From Azolla caroliniana (Eukaryota; Plantae; Polypodiophyta): a stretch of 64,000 nucleotides of DNA. The notes below the pieces were generated by a model. The model was not told where the DNA came from, did not search any database, and worked only from the letters and a program-made list of their open reading frames with translations. A program made the position numbers and the translations under genes. The stretch is taken from contig JBHGNT010000006.1 of the NCBI GenBank assembly GCA_043228905.1, positions 5,332,001 through 5,396,000 on the forward strand. Reading direction: 5' to 3'. Below are positions 63,690 to 64,000 of this stretch, one piece after another (the first letter of the stretch is position 1; each line of letters starts with the position of its first letter).

Positions 63690-64000
63690 TTTATTACACA
63701 ACCAAAATATCTAGATACATTCTTATCAAATGCACTAAGGGTTGCCATTGGACAACTTAGGATATCATCTCACCAACTTGAGATTGAGAATGGTTGTACT
63801 AATAGAATCCCTAGAGAGGAAAGGATATGTAGGTTATGTCACATAGAGATAGAGGATGAGTATCACTTTACATGCAAGTGTCAACTTTACACCGAGATAA
63901 GAGCGAAATACCAAGACATACTAGGACCCTCTCCCACCCTCTCCAAACTATTAGATACCCTGGATATAAAGAGACTAGGTAGGTATATCTTTGAGGTAAA
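63690..64000 (+). mobile_element. RTEX-like non-LTR retrotransposon C-terminal zinc-finger fragment (runs off the window)
   Basis: Manual translation gives PKYLDTFLSNALRVAIGQLRISSHQLEIENGCTNRIPREERICRLCHIEIEDEYHFTCKCQLYTEIRAKY. It is absent from the ORF track because there is no stop within the window. Confidence 0.8.

Overview
This is plant nuclear DNA, probably from a fern or other non-seed plant (inferred from the TE lineages and the abundant GA/CT microsatellites). Two intact, divergently oriented intron-containing genes bracket the window. A P2B Ca2+-ATPase (ACA; minus strand, 7 exons, 1007 aa) lies at 1763-9516, and a type-I ROP GTPase (plus strand, 7 exons, 197 aa) lies at 60005-62129; each has one GC-AG intron. 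Between them are an assembly gap (9711-9810) and about 37 kb of nested transposons, resolvable by their target-site duplications (TSDs). The deepest nest is LINE > Tcn1-like chromovirus > hAT MITE > Copia > non-autonomous Tat/Athila-like element. The region also holds a second full Copia, several solo LTRs, tRNA-derived SINE-like copies and RTEX-like LINE fragments. Three things stand out. (1) The innermost LTR element (25783-30873) has no polypurine tract (PPT); in its place is a sense copy of a tRNA 3' end including CCA, which suggests tRNA priming at both ends. (2) The chromovirus LTRs carry a tRNA/SINE-like Pol III promoter. (3) RTEX-like LINE fragments occur in a land plant. All family assignments come from motif recognition by eye, with no database searches.
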